This document shows positions 30,639-40,464 of a DNA stretch of 64,000 bases, one piece after another (positions within the stretch are counted from its first letter, which is position 1; every line of letters starts with the position of its first letter). Origin of the DNA: Dehalococcoidia bacterium. Lineage in GTDB: Bacteria; Chloroflexota; Dehalococcoidia; Dehalococcoidales; Fen-1064. The DNA lies in assembly GCA_011170375.1 (NCBI GenBank), contig DUEV01000014.1, forward strand, positions 25,712 to 89,711, in the 5' to 3' direction. The notes under the pieces were generated by a model. The model saw nothing but the letters and a program-made list of their open reading frames with translations, was not told the origin of the DNA and ran no database searches. A program made the position numbers and the translations under genes.

Positions 30639-31688
30639 ATGGGTAAGAACATCGTGGTCTGCTTCGATGGCACCAGCAATGAGTACGGTAAGAACAACAC
30701 AAACGTAGTGAAAACATTTGAAGCACTCGAGATTGATGATTCTCAGGTTGCTTTCTACGACCCGGGCGTCGGAACATTCAGTATATTCGGACGTATCATT
30801 GGCAGGAAAATCGGTGTTTTGTTAGGGCTGGCATTCGGTTACGGAATTCGTCAGAACATCGAGGAAGGGTATGAATACCTCATGAATACCTATGAACCGG
30901 GAGACGTCGTATATCTCTTCGGATTCAGCCGGGGCGCTTATACGGCACGCGCCTTGGCCGGAATGATTCACCAGTTCGGTATTTTGCGTAAATACAATAC
31001 AAACCTGATACCCTATGTTTCAAAAATGTATTTCAGAAAAGACCAGGACACCCTGATGTCCCGTCTCGTCAAGATGCTCCTTAGGCAGGATATTAAAAAA
31101 TACCCGGAGATCATCAAAGGTTTCAAGGCCTTGTTTTCTCAGGATTGCGTACCTTATTTCATCGGAGTATGGGACACAGTAGGTGCGTTGGGACCGAATT
31201 TGAGTAAAAGGTTCCACAATAACACGCTGAATACCGAAATCAAATATGGCTTCCAGGCAATTTCTGTCGATGAAAAACGAAGGCCCTACAAGGTAGTCTT
31301 ATGGGATGAGAGCAGTAAGGCAAAGAATCAGATAATAGAACAGGTCTGGTTTCCTGGGGTCCATTCAGAGGTAGGTGGCGGCTGCTCTAAGGACAATTGC
31401 TCTCTCCCGGATATTGCCCTCGCCTGGATGATGGACAAAGCATCTCAGTGTGATTTGAGGCTGAAAGGCGGCTGGCAGAATGGCTTAAGTCAGGATGCTG
31501 CGGCAGATATTCATGATTCTAGTATTTCTTTCCCTTGGTTTATCCCTGGACTAAAAAGGAAACGAGAGATTCCAGATGGAGCCTTAATACATCAAAGCGT
31601 TGTTGATAGGATGGAAAAGATAAAAAAATACAGACCACGCTCACCGGAGGGCTACGCTACTGTCAGTACAGATAGCTACCAAAAATAA
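30639..31688 (+). CDS. DUF2235 (Tle1-like) alpha/beta hydrolase
   Basis: VVCFDGT, TNV, YDPGVGT, GFSRGA, GVWDTV, WFPGVHSEVGG. Confidence 0.92.
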   Translation: MGKNIVVCFDGTSNEYGKNNTNVVKTFEALEIDDSQVAFYDPGVGTFSIFGRIIGRKIGVLLGLAFGYGIRQNIEEGYEYLMNTYEPGDVVYLFGFSRGAYTARALAGMIHQFGILRKYNTNLIPYVSKMYFRKDQDTLMSRLVKMLLRQDIKKYPEIIKGFKALFSQDCVPYFIGVWDTVGALGPNLSKRFHNNTLNTEIKYGFQAISVDEKRRPYKVVLWDESSKAKNQIIEQVWFPGVHSEVGGGCSKDNCSLPDIALAWMMDKASQCDLRLKGGWQNGLSQDAAADIHDSSISFPWFIPGLKRKREIPDGALIHQSVVDRMEKIKKYRPRSPEGYATVSTDSYQK

Positions 31689-31742
31689 TTCCTGTCAGGT
31701 AAAGGCGGTTATATGGAGGTATCCCGACAGCTCGTTTCTTAG

Positions 31743-31868
31743 AAACAGAGAGGCAACGAATTAAAGGACAAGGGAATCTTAACCGAAGAAGAGTTCGTGG
31801 CCAAGAAACAACAACTCCTGGGTTACAGGATTATAGTAACCAGAAATGACACCATGCTAGTCATTTAA
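31743..31868 (+). pseudogene. SHOCT-domain gene remnant
   Basis: Translates ELKDKGILTEEEFVAKKQQLLG; in-frame TAG immediately upstream and no start codon ahead of the domain. Confidence 0.6.
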
Positions 31869-31883
31869 ATAAGGGGGTACGTA

Positions 31884-32300
31884 ATGGCAGAATCGTATAT
31901 AAAATATAGGAGCGGTTACAAATACCAGCTGGTAGAAGAGTATCAAGTTAAAGTTAGCATCACTCCCAAAAATGATATCAAAACAGATTTCATAGAATTG
32001 AGTACCGAAGGAATGCTTGTTATTAAAAAGGGCTATGCATGGGATGGGCCTTCCGGGCCCACTATTGATACCCCTAACTTTATGCGTGGTTCACTAGTGC
32101 ACGATGCACTCTATCAGCTCTTGCGTAACAAATTAATTGATGAAGGATGGCGTGATGAAGCTGATGAGGAACTAAGAAGGATTTGCATTGAAGACGGCAT
32201 GTCAAAGATACGTGCATGGTGGGTGTTTAAAGCTGTCCGTAAATGGGGAAAAGTAGCGGCCTCCCCCGAGTCACGGAAGAAGACTCACAAAGCCCCATAG
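31884..32300 (+). CDS. DUF1353-like protein (often phage-associated)
   Basis: GYAWDGPS, SLVHDALYQ, ADEEL, AVR motifs; AAGGGG RBS. Confidence 0.75.
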   Translation: MAESYIKYRSGYKYQLVEEYQVKVSITPKNDIKTDFIELSTEGMLVIKKGYAWDGPSGPTIDTPNFMRGSLVHDALYQLLRNKLIDEGWRDEADEELRRICIEDGMSKIRAWWVFKAVRKWGKVAASPESRKKTHKAP

Positions 32301-32346
32301 AAGACTTCCACGAAATGAGTCAGGTAATGAAGGCCAAGATACCTCA

Positions 32347-32580
32347 CTACGAACTGACGCGGGAAACCCTGTTGGACATATTTTCGTTACGCAGGACGTG
32401 CCTGGGAGAAGCCTGCGGCTCCATATTGTAGCCTTGGGCCGAAAGGACCGCTCTCAGGTGTGAGTCATCCCACGGTAGAGGTGATTTTGGTTTCAGTTCA
32501 AGCCAAATGCGGTTAAGAAGACTGTATCCCAGTCTCCTCTCACACTCTTTCTTGAATTCATACCACGTCGCGTACTGCAT
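32347..32580 (-). CDS. Small hypothetical protein
   Basis: 77-aa ORF with ordered-looking composition (WYEFKKECERRLG...WLELKP..PLPWDD); AAGG directly before the start. Confidence 0.6.
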   Translation of the reverse strand: MQYATWYEFKKECERRLGYSLLNRIWLELKPKSPLPWDDSHLRAVLSAQGYNMEPQASPRHVLRNENMSNRVSRVSS

Positions 32581-32880
32581 CCTTATACCAGATGATTAGG
32601 GATTTCTCTCAGACTCACCATCCCTTACCAGTAGTTTAATACCTAAATACTAAACAGAAACTGAATAATTTAGATACGGCACTGACAATATCCTGACAAA
32701 ATTTGTCCCTGGTCAAGCCCCTCTAGTATACCAATATTGTGGTGATTGAATTCAAAAAGCCGGACACAGCCATGTGCTGAAGTAGTACAGGTTTCTTCTG
32801 AAGACTCTGATAAGTGTTTTGATAGCACAGACGATTTTATAACGTGGGCGACTGAATAATACAACAAAAACATTCCCCCG

Positions 32881-32966
32881 TTGACACCCCTGTCCCTGAC
32901 CTGTAACATAGCAGAAAACCCTAATTAGCTGAAGCAATAATCTGCGCCACGGTCAGGCTAGAGGGT
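32881..32966 (+). repeat. Duplicated comM promoter (31 bp identical) plus degenerate comM codons 2-15
   Basis: TTGACACCCCTGTCCCTGACCTGTAACATAG also at 38339-38369; LAEAIICATVRLEG vs Com[15 protein letters not shown]. Confidence 0.9.
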
Positions 32967-32972
32967 AATTAG

Positions 32973-34310
32973 ATGCAAGATACTGCTTCAACCATCGCTT
33001 TTGTCGGGATTCTGGTTTTTCTGGCGCATCTCTTCACGAGCATTTTCCAGCGAACTAAGATCCCCGATGTCCTTTTTCTGGTCATCATCGGCGTTTGTGT
33101 CGGCCCGGTATTAGGTCTGACTTCACCTGATCTCTTCGGTGCCGTAGGGCCTGTGTTCACCATAATCACTTTGATTATCATCTTGTTCGAAAGTGGACTT
33201 ACCCTGAAACTTAACACTATTCGCTCTGCCCTGGGTGGAGCGATGACCCTGGCTCCTCTTACCTATTTTACAACTATGGGAATCGTTGCCGGAATTACTC
33301 TATGGCTCACGGACCTGGAAGTGCTGCCTGCGTTTATTCTGGGAGCCATTGTCGGTTCTACTTCAGAGGCCATAATCATCCCCCTGGTCAGGCAGCTAAG
33401 AGTAAGAGAAGAAACGACTACGCTACTATCTTTGGAATCATCAGTCAACGACGTTTTTAGCATCATCATCACCGTTACCCTTGTCGAAGCATATGTTATC
33501 GGCAAATTTGAGGTTGCGTCTGTATCTGGTGACCTGATTGCTTCTTTTATAGTGGCAATAATCTTTGGCATTATTGGTGCTTTTATCTGGTCGATATTAC
33601 TAAACAGAATTCATGCCATTAAAAACGCAATGTTCACAACACCAGCCTTTGTCTTCGTTATATTCGGCATTGTTGAGACATTGGGTTTTAGCGGGGCCAT
33701 TGCAGCGCTAGTCTTTGGCGTAACGCTCGGTAATATCGAGTCAATCAATCTTTCAATTTTTAGGCCATCAAACGGAAAGGAGCCTGTCGGACTTACGGAA
33801 ACGGAAAGAATATTTTTCAGTGAAGTAGCCTTTCTATTAAAGACATTCTTCTTCGTTTATCTTGGACTTTCATTAGAATTTATAAGTACGGAGCTTATTA
33901 TTATTAGCGTCGTTTTAACAATGATAGCTTTTATAATTCGTATACCGGCGACTAGGTTATCTCTTGGACAATCACTACCCCTTAAAGATACGTCTATTGT
34001 GGCTGCTATGGTGCCTAAAGGTCTGGCTGCGGTGGTGTTAGCCTCTTTCCCTCTACAACAAGGTGTCTTAGGGGGAGAGCTAATCCAAAATCTTACCTAT
34101 GGCGTAGTGTTGCTGAGCATTGTCATCACATCATTTTTAGTGATGCTAATTGACAAAACGAAATTCTACGAAATATATGGTTGGCTTTTTTCTCCAAGCC
34201 TGCCAGATATCTTTGGCAGAAAAAAATCTCAGGAAAAAGAGTCACTGAGTAACTCGGATGATATCGTACCTGCCGGGCCGAAACTTTTCGGCAAGGCGAG
34301 AGAAGAATGA
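32973..34310 (+). CDS. Cation:proton antiporter (CPA1/NhaP-like)
   Basis: ILFESG, GSTS, LESSVND, FFFVYLG, PKGLAAVVLA. Confidence 0.88.
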   Translation: MQDTASTIAFVGILVFLAHLFTSIFQRTKIPDVLFLVIIGVCVGPVLGLTSPDLFGAVGPVFTIITLIIILFESGLTLKLNTIRSALGGAMTLAPLTYFTTMGIVAGITLWLTDLEVLPAFILGAIVGSTSEAIIIPLVRQLRVREETTTLLSLESSVNDVFSIIITVTLVEAYVIGKFEVASVSGDLIASFIVAIIFGIIGAFIWSILLNRIHAIKNAMFTTPAFVFVIFGIVETLGFSGAIAALVFGVTLGNIESINLSIFRPSNGKEPVGLTETERIFFSEVAFLLKTFFFVYLGLSLEFISTELIIISVVLTMIAFIIRIPATRLSLGQSLPLKDTSIVAAMVPKGLAAVVLASFPLQQGVLGGELIQNLTYGVVLLSIVITSFLVMLIDKTKFYEIYGWLFSPSLPDIFGRKKSQEKESLSNSDDIVPAGPKLFGKAREE

Positions 34311-34350
34311 CAGTGTTAACTGAAAAAGGTAATACCGCTGGCCTTCAAAG

Positions 34351-35226
34351 TTAACTCGAAGCCCTGTCTCTTACATCGTATAGTACCTCTTTTACAGCCG
34401 CCGAAAGAGGTAGCTTACCTTTACCAGTCTCCTCGAAATAGTGAGTTACGGTCTCCAAAGCCTGCACTTGTAACTCACTCATCTCTACAACATCAACAGA
34501 AATGTCCTCTGGTTCCCATAAGCAAACCAGGGAGCCTTCCTTGCCCTTTCTCCGCAAATCACTGAGCTTTATTTCTGCCTCATTGACTTGTTCTGAAGGC
34601 AAAGTAATCTCCGCAAGGTCGCCATCGCTATCTAGAACCAGTAAGCGCTGCTGACTTGGTGTCATACTGCTTTCTTGAGGAAGTCGTCCTAGTAAGATGA
34701 GGGGAAAGGTATACTCCGTCTTGTAAATGGGGATGGATACTTCAATATCCTTAGTCCTGTAATAAGGCAACCTACCAAGCACCTTCGATGAAGGCAGGGA
34801 TGTGGTTTTGCGAGTCCTTTTCATTTTCTTGGTCACGACTTCCTGGTACTTAGTCTCTCCCAGCCTAATAATTTCTCTTACAGGCCTGATAAGTACATCG
34901 GGGACTATGGCACTTCTGAAAGCGTGTTCCAGCAAGCGTTCCAGCGCCCAGTTCTCCTTATCTCCTATCTCAACAAAAACAGGGACGTTCCGATTCATAC
35001 CAGTATCCCAATAAACGGTAGCGAAATTATTCGGAGACAACTCCCTGCGCTGCGCTTCAGCTTTGATACGCTGGTATACGGACCTTCCAATAAGCTGAGT
35101 GAACAGGTTCCCCTCGGTATCACACGATAATATCCGCACCTTGTTCTTCGGCCATCGCTCACTTTTAAGCCGTACCGGCATGAGCAAAATTGAATGATTA
35201 GGTTGATTATGACGAAACAGAGGCAT
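34351..35226 (-). CDS. Hypothetical protein with apparent internal two-domain duplication
   Basis: 291-aa soluble ORF; no family recognised. Confidence 0.7.
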   Translation of the reverse strand: MPLFRHNQPNHSILLMPVRLKSERWPKNKVRILSCDTEGNLFTQLIGRSVYQRIKAEAQRRELSPNNFATVYWDTGMNRNVPVFVEIGDKENWALERLLEHAFRSAIVPDVLIRPVREIIRLGETKYQEVVTKKMKRTRKTTSLPSSKVLGRLPYYRTKDIEVSIPIYKTEYTFPLILLGRLPQESSMTPSQQRLLVLDSDGDLAEITLPSEQVNEAEIKLSDLRRKGKEGSLVCLWEPEDISVDVVEMSELQVQALETVTHYFEETGKGKLPLSAAVKEVLYDVRDRASS

Positions 35227-35452
35227 GAGTATACTACCCTACATCATTACATCCAGGTCTATATCGTATATTATTTCGGTCTTATAGTCTAGCTGACCTG
35301 TACACCTTTGCATTCTCACCGGAATGCAAAATTACCTTATGGTCACCCCTGACAGGCTTTGGTGTGATACTTCAAACGAAAAAACGTATGTATTATCTGG
35401 AACGAATTGCAGCGACTTCGCTGTAATACAACATCTAGAAGGGAGAAAGTGT

Positions 35453-36181
35453 ATGAGGAAGAAGGGATTCTTACTAGCTGTGAGTCTGACTCTGGTATTG
35501 CTCGCTACTGTACTGGCTGGTTGTAGTACGGTCAATCTCACAGGCCAGCAGGAAGGTATTATGGTCTCCGGAGAAGGCAAGATTAGTGCTGTCCCTGATC
35601 TTGCCACGTTGAGTTTAGGTGTGGAAGCTCAAGATACCTCAGTCACCGCCGCACAGAACCAGGCAGCAACCGCTATGGAAATGATAATGGCGGCCTTAAC
35701 TGACAACGGGATAACTGAGGAGGATATTAAAACCCAGTACTTCAACATTGACAGCATTACTCGCTGGGACGACGAGACTTGGGAAGAAGAGGTTATCGGC
35801 TACAGAGTCACCAACACGGTATCTGTCAAGATCAGGGACATGGAGAACATTAGCTTAATCATTGACGCTGTAGTTGAGGCCGGGGGAGACCTGACACGCG
35901 TGAATAACATCAGCTTCTCCGTAGATGACCCATCAATATACTATGAGGAAGCCCGGGAGGAAGCGATGGCTGACGCCAAAGCCAAGGCTGAAGCTCTTAC
36001 TGAACTGGGGGGAGTGAGGCTTGGCAAGCCAACCTATATCACAGAGAGCAGCTATCAATCAGGTACCAACTATGTTTCCGGTGCAAGAGTTGATGAGGCG
36101 ATGGAGTCAGAAACACCAATCAGTCCGGGCGAAACAGAGATTACTCTGAATGTACAGGTTACATACGACATCCTAAACTGA
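35453..36181 (+). CDS. SIMPL (DUF541) domain lipoprotein
   Basis: Signal peptide with LAGC lipobox; VSGEG..AVPDLA, ISPGE motifs; ATG 35453. Confidence 0.88.
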   Translation: MRKKGFLLAVSLTLVLLATVLAGCSTVNLTGQQEGIMVSGEGKISAVPDLATLSLGVEAQDTSVTAAQNQAATAMEMIMAALTDNGITEEDIKTQYFNIDSITRWDDETWEEEVIGYRVTNTVSVKIRDMENISLIIDAVVEAGGDLTRVNNISFSVDDPSIYYEEAREEAMADAKAKAEALTELGGVRLGKPTYITESSYQSGTNYVSGARVDEAMESETPISPGETEITLNVQVTYDILN

Positions 36182-36197
36182 TAATAGATAGCAGGAT

Positions 36198-36239
36198 ACA
36201 GGAAGGGACCGGTGCTATGGTACTGGCCCCTTCCTTGTT
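36198..36239 (+). terminator. Hairpin after the SIMPL gene
   Basis: GGAAGGGACCGGTGC...GTACTGGCCCCTTCC followed by TTGTT. Confidence 0.55.
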
Positions 36240-36311
36240 AGTTAAATACTGGATCAGTAAAACTGTTCCTACGTAAAGATGGAATTTCGGTCTGCTAGAT
36301 AAGGAGATTTT

Positions 36312-36476
36312 ATGGTAATTGGAATAGTATCTACATTTGCCGTCAGTATTGTCTGTTTTGTTTTTTCTTATCTCTCTGTTACACGTGACGAGGCTTTTCT
36401 GACACTCACTTTTCTGGGGATCGGCGTCGTACTGGCCGGGTGTGGTGTTTATTTCACAACAAAGAGTCGAAACTAG
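36312..36476 (+). CDS. Small two-TM membrane protein (54 aa, below ORF-track cutoff)
   Basis: AAGGAG RBS; MVIGIVSTFAVSIVCFVFSYLSVTRDEAFLTLTFLGIGVVLAGCGVYFTTKSRN. Confidence 0.5.
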   Translation: MVIGIVSTFAVSIVCFVFSYLSVTRDEAFLTLTFLGIGVVLAGCGVYFTTKSRN

Positions 36477-36542
36477 AGAGAGTCTGACATCGGTCTTCAA
36501 ATATAGATAATGACTCCCTCATCTCTTAGTACGCACACTTGG

Positions 36543-36923
36543 CTATATCATTACTGCAAAAGGAATATATTTCCCCCACTTCCTGTCCCGGGCACCTGTC
36601 TGAGGCTCTATCATCTCGACCTTGCCATTATCCTTAATGACTACACTCCAGTAATGCAGGCCACGGCCAGACCATAGTCCATACACCCGGCCTACTCCAT
36701 TCTCCGCTTTTTTAGACGCCTCCGCTTTAAATATATCAGCCGAGTCGTCACAGTCGTGGAAGTTTACCTGATACGCTATTTTCTTCCACGCCCTTTTTGC
36801 GGCCGGTATTATCAGGGCCAGTTGCTGTTCGGTGACAGGCTTGTACCGCTTGTCAGCCAGGAGCACCAGCGGGGTCTTGCAAGCCCAGGCAAGCTTGAAG
36901 TATACCTTCAGCCATGTCATCAT
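36543..36923 (-). CDS. Papain/transglutaminase-like small protein (MOA agglutinin C-terminal-like)
   Basis: DCDD...GLHYW...IEPQ putative Cys-His-Glu triad; AGGAGG RBS. Confidence 0.65.
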   Translation of the reverse strand: MMTWLKVYFKLAWACKTPLVLLADKRYKPVTEQQLALIIPAAKRAWKKIAYQVNFHDCDDSADIFKAEASKKAENGVGRVYGLWSGRGLHYWSVVIKDNGKVEMIEPQTGARDRKWGKYIPFAVMI

Positions 36924-37138
36924 CGCATTCCTCCTATCGGTTAGTCACGTTTTCCACCATAGGCGAAAACATATCCATAATCGCGATAAGGTGTGGAGTG
37001 TCCAGTCTACCTCACTGGTGTAATTTTCACAACCGACATCTTAACGGGCAGAGGTTACAGTATAAAAAGCGTAAACAAGGCATTTCAACTACTATCCAGA
37101 TATCTTAGCGATAAAATTGTTACCTAAATGTTACTCTA

Positions 37139-37441
37139 TTAGGCAAGATTCTTTACGTCATTGTAACCATGTTGAGTTATAGTGGTAGTGGTAGTGAAGC
37201 TAATGTAACCATTAGGTATTATCGAGCCAAGGACGGGGATAGGTGATGAGAAGGACAGCCATAAAATGCTCCGGCTTTCATACTGCCACAAATGGTGGTT
37301 ACTACAGACTCCGTCAACGAAGACGTAGCTACCTGTGGCGCCTGTTTCAGCGAAGTAAAGCGCTGGTGAAAAGATAGCAGCAACCAATCGCCTTTAATCA
37401 CCTTTCAGAAATACCCACAATCTACCTTCCACCCCCTTCAA
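37139..37441 (-). pseudogene. Possible gene remnant with an internal stop
   Basis: GGAG + TTG 37441 gives LKGVEGRLWVFLKGD*RRLVAAIFSP... in one frame. Confidence 0.3.
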
Positions 37442-37625
37442 GTTTACTCCTGCTTCTTAATGGACTCCGGACTCATCTTTATCTTTATCAGACTGCAAAA
37501 TCACCCTATTGACAACACCTCTCCAAAGGACTACAATCAACTCCCCTGTACAATACTAATACACAGTTGTAACTGACTTCTATAGGCAAATCTTGGGTTG
37601 CTGAAGGATTTGACAGGTATCTCAA

Positions 37626-38170
37626 ATGAAGCGGGCAATACTCATCATTAGTACTGTGATTGGTTTTGTAACACTTTTGCTGGGACTGTTCTATCACTTT
37701 GCTACTACTAAGAGTGGTTGGGATATAGTAACAGAGGCACTTATTTTAATGATTGCAGGTTTAATTCTGGTCATTGTTCCTATTATTATCTTTCTACCTT
37801 GGAAGCGTATCTTGAATCTTTCGAGCATCGCTCGTGTGACGGAGACACAAAAACACACAGAGGCTCGTTCTATGGCTGCCACAGCAGGTGTTATAGATAT
37901 GGTCGTTGGTGCTGTTTATTTATGTATATTCTTAATAAGTTCGACAGTTTATGTAAATTTCACAACGCATTCTGATTCTGACATGACGGGAGCCATATTA
38001 ATAAACATTTTTTCTGGGGTTTTCGGAGTGTTGGCAATAGCAGGTGGTATCTTCGCACGAAAACTTAGGAAATGGAGATGGGCACTAGCTGGTTCTATCT
38101 GCTCCGTATTTTCTCTTATAGGAATACTAGCGATTTTTTTATAATATCATCCAAGGATGAGTTTCAATAG
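37626..38170 (+). CDS. Membrane protein, probable frameshift in a T7 run near the 3' end
   Basis: Multi-TM ORF ending WALAGSICSVFSLIGILAIFL*; one extra T gives ...AIFFIISSKDEFQ*. Confidence 0.6.
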
Positions 38171-38338
38171 TCCAAACACAAGCTCCTTTCATAGGACAAA
38201 TCCTATCTCATAGTAGTAGGGCAATCTCTGGCATTAAGTATGAGGTGCTTGGGTAAATAGAGGCTAGCAGGTCTCTAATGGTCTGCCAGCCTTCTTCTAT
38301 CCCTTAATATACACCCAAACAGCATTGAATGATCATCA

Positions 38339-38369
38339 TTGACACCCCTGTCCCTGACCTGTAACATAG
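38339..38369 (+). promoter_or_regulatory. comM promoter
   Basis: TTGACA-17 nt-TAACAT, 15 nt before the ATG. Confidence 0.7.
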
Positions 38370-38382
38370 TGCACGTACCATC

Positions 38383-39468
38383 ATGTTAGCCAAAGTAATG
38401 AGCTGTGCCACGGTCGGGCTGGAGGGGGTCATCATTGAGGTCGAAGTCGATATCTCCCCAGGCCTCCCCTCCTTCACCATTGTAGGTCTGCCCGATACCG
38501 CCGTCCAGGAAGCACGGGAACGGGTAAGGGCTGCCATCCGCAACTCCGACTTTACCTTCCCGATGAAGCGCATCGTCGTCAATTTGGCCCCCGCCGACCT
38601 CAAAAAGGCTGGCCCGGCCTATGACCTGCCGATTGCCGTCGGTATCCTGCTTGGTTTGGAGCAGGCATCTGCCGATGTCTCCCAGACAGTCTTACTCGGC
38701 GAGCTATCGCTCGACGGTAGCCTGCGCCATACCACCGGCGTCCTGCCCATGGTCGCCGCAACCCACGAGAAGGGTTTCTCCGATATCATCGTCCCCACCG
38801 CCAATGCCCAGGAGGCATCCCTGGTGGACGGTGCCCGGATAATGCCTTTCGATACCCTGTCGCAACTGGTCAGCTACTTCCAGGGGGAGATAGCCGCGCC
38901 CGAGTGCCAAGCTGAAGCAGTCGATGAATATGTAGTACCGCTATGGGCTACTACTGACCTTGCCCATGTCAAGGGCCAGGAGCATGTCAAGCGTGCTCTG
39001 GAGATAGCCGCCGCCGGTGGCCACAACGTCATCATGATGGGACCTCCCGGGGCAGGTAAAACACTACTGGCACGGTCGCTCCCTTCAATACTACCACCGA
39101 TGACCAACGATGAAGCCCTTGAGGTCACCAAGGTGTACAGCATAAGCGGTCTGCTGCCACCGGACAGCCCGTTTATCCGGCAGCGCCCCTTCCGCTCTCC
39201 CCACTACACCGTCTCCAACGTGGGGCTGGTGGGGGGTGGACGCTTCCCCAGGCCTGGAGAGGTAAGTCTCAGTCACCGCGGGGTGCTCTTCCTCGATGAG
39301 TTACCCGAGTTCGGCCACGCCTTGTTAGAGTTATTACGTCAGCCCCTGGAAGACAAGGTAATCACCATCAGCCGGGCACAGGGCAGTCTGACATTTCCCG
39401 CTAATTTCATGCTGGTAGGAGCGATGAACCCCTGTCCGTGCAGGGTGCAATTACAAAATTGGAACTGA
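38383..39468 (+). pseudogene. comM: ComM/YifB Mg-chelatase-like AAA+ protein, 3'-truncated
   Basis: [30 protein letters not shown]; homology ends at AMNPCPC, followed by RVQLQNWN*; C-terminal part missing. Confidence 0.88.
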
Positions 39469-39591
39469 GTGTGGGATTAGTGAAGGTGAGGAGTGTTTGC
39501 GGAACTCCTGAATGAGCTACTGCTACTTGCAAAACACCCCAAACCTATTTATTATCTTAGGTGGGAAAAATCATATTAAAGGAGAGAATAG

Positions 39592-40368
39592 ATGAAACTG
39601 GCAGACGTTAAGAGCATTGGCGTTTTGGGCGCCGGTGTTATGGGGGGTGGTATTTCGCAGTCGGCCATCCTGGCTGGCTACAATATCATTTGCCGGGACC
39701 TGACCGATGAAATACTGGCCAGGACCAAGGATACCATCATCAACGGCCGCTTCGGCCTCAAGGGTGGGGTCGAGCGGGGCAAACAGACCCAGGAGGAGAT
39801 GGACGCTGCCCTGGCAAGATTGACCCTGACCACCAAGGTGGAAGACCTCAAAGACTGCGACCTTATTATCGAGGCAATCGGTGGCGGTGACACCGGCCAG
39901 CTGGAGGACAAGCCACTGAAGCTGAGGGTGTTCGCCGAACTGGACGAGATAGTAAAGAAAGAGGCTGTCTTTGCCAGTAACACGTCCAGGTTTACCATTG
40001 CCGACCTGGCAGCGGCCACCCAGCGTAAGGAGCACTTCATCGGAATGCACCTTTTCAGTCCAGCCAACATTATGAAGCTGGTGGAGGTAATCTACACGGC
40101 CGATACAACCGAGGATACCATCGTGCTGATCGAAGAACTATCCAAGAGCTGGGGCAAGACACCGGTACGCGTTAAGGACGTACCGGGAGACACCGGCTTT
40201 ATCGGGAACCGTGTCATGGGCGCCGCCAGGAGAGAGGCCATGAAGGTAGTCGAGGAAGGAATCGCTACCGCCGAGGACGTCAATACCGCCATGATGCTCG
40301 GTTTCAACTGGCCGGCTGGCCCATTACCATTGGCTGGTCGTCCTGGTGCCCGCTCCGGTTGGCAGTAG
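39592..40368 (+). CDS. 3-hydroxyacyl-CoA dehydrogenase family protein
   Basis: GAGVMGGGI, IIEAI, ASNTS, GMHLFSPA, GFIGNR. Confidence 0.92.
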   Translation: MKLADVKSIGVLGAGVMGGGISQSAILAGYNIICRDLTDEILARTKDTIINGRFGLKGGVERGKQTQEEMDAALARLTLTTKVEDLKDCDLIIEAIGGGDTGQLEDKPLKLRVFAELDEIVKKEAVFASNTSRFTIADLAAATQRKEHFIGMHLFSPANIMKLVEVIYTADTTEDTIVLIEELSKSWGKTPVRVKDVPGDTGFIGNRVMGAARREAMKVVEEGIATAEDVNTAMMLGFNWPAGPLPLAGRPGARSGWQ

Positions 40369-40387
40369 TAAAAACATCAAAGTCAGC

Positions 40388-40425
40388 AAAAAAGACCGGT
40401 GTCAACAGATATGGCACCGGTCTTC
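40388..40425. terminator. Bidirectional terminator hairpin
   Basis: A-run, AAGACCGGTGTCA...TGGCACCGGTCTT between convergent genes. Confidence 0.7.
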
Positions 40426-40464
40426 TACTATATATCTGAAATAAGGATAGCCCTTTAGACTAAA

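Noticed and set aside
30639-31688. Type VI secretion effector locus
   Set aside because: No VgrG, PAAR, Hcp or immunity gene; DUF2235 also occurs outside T6SS
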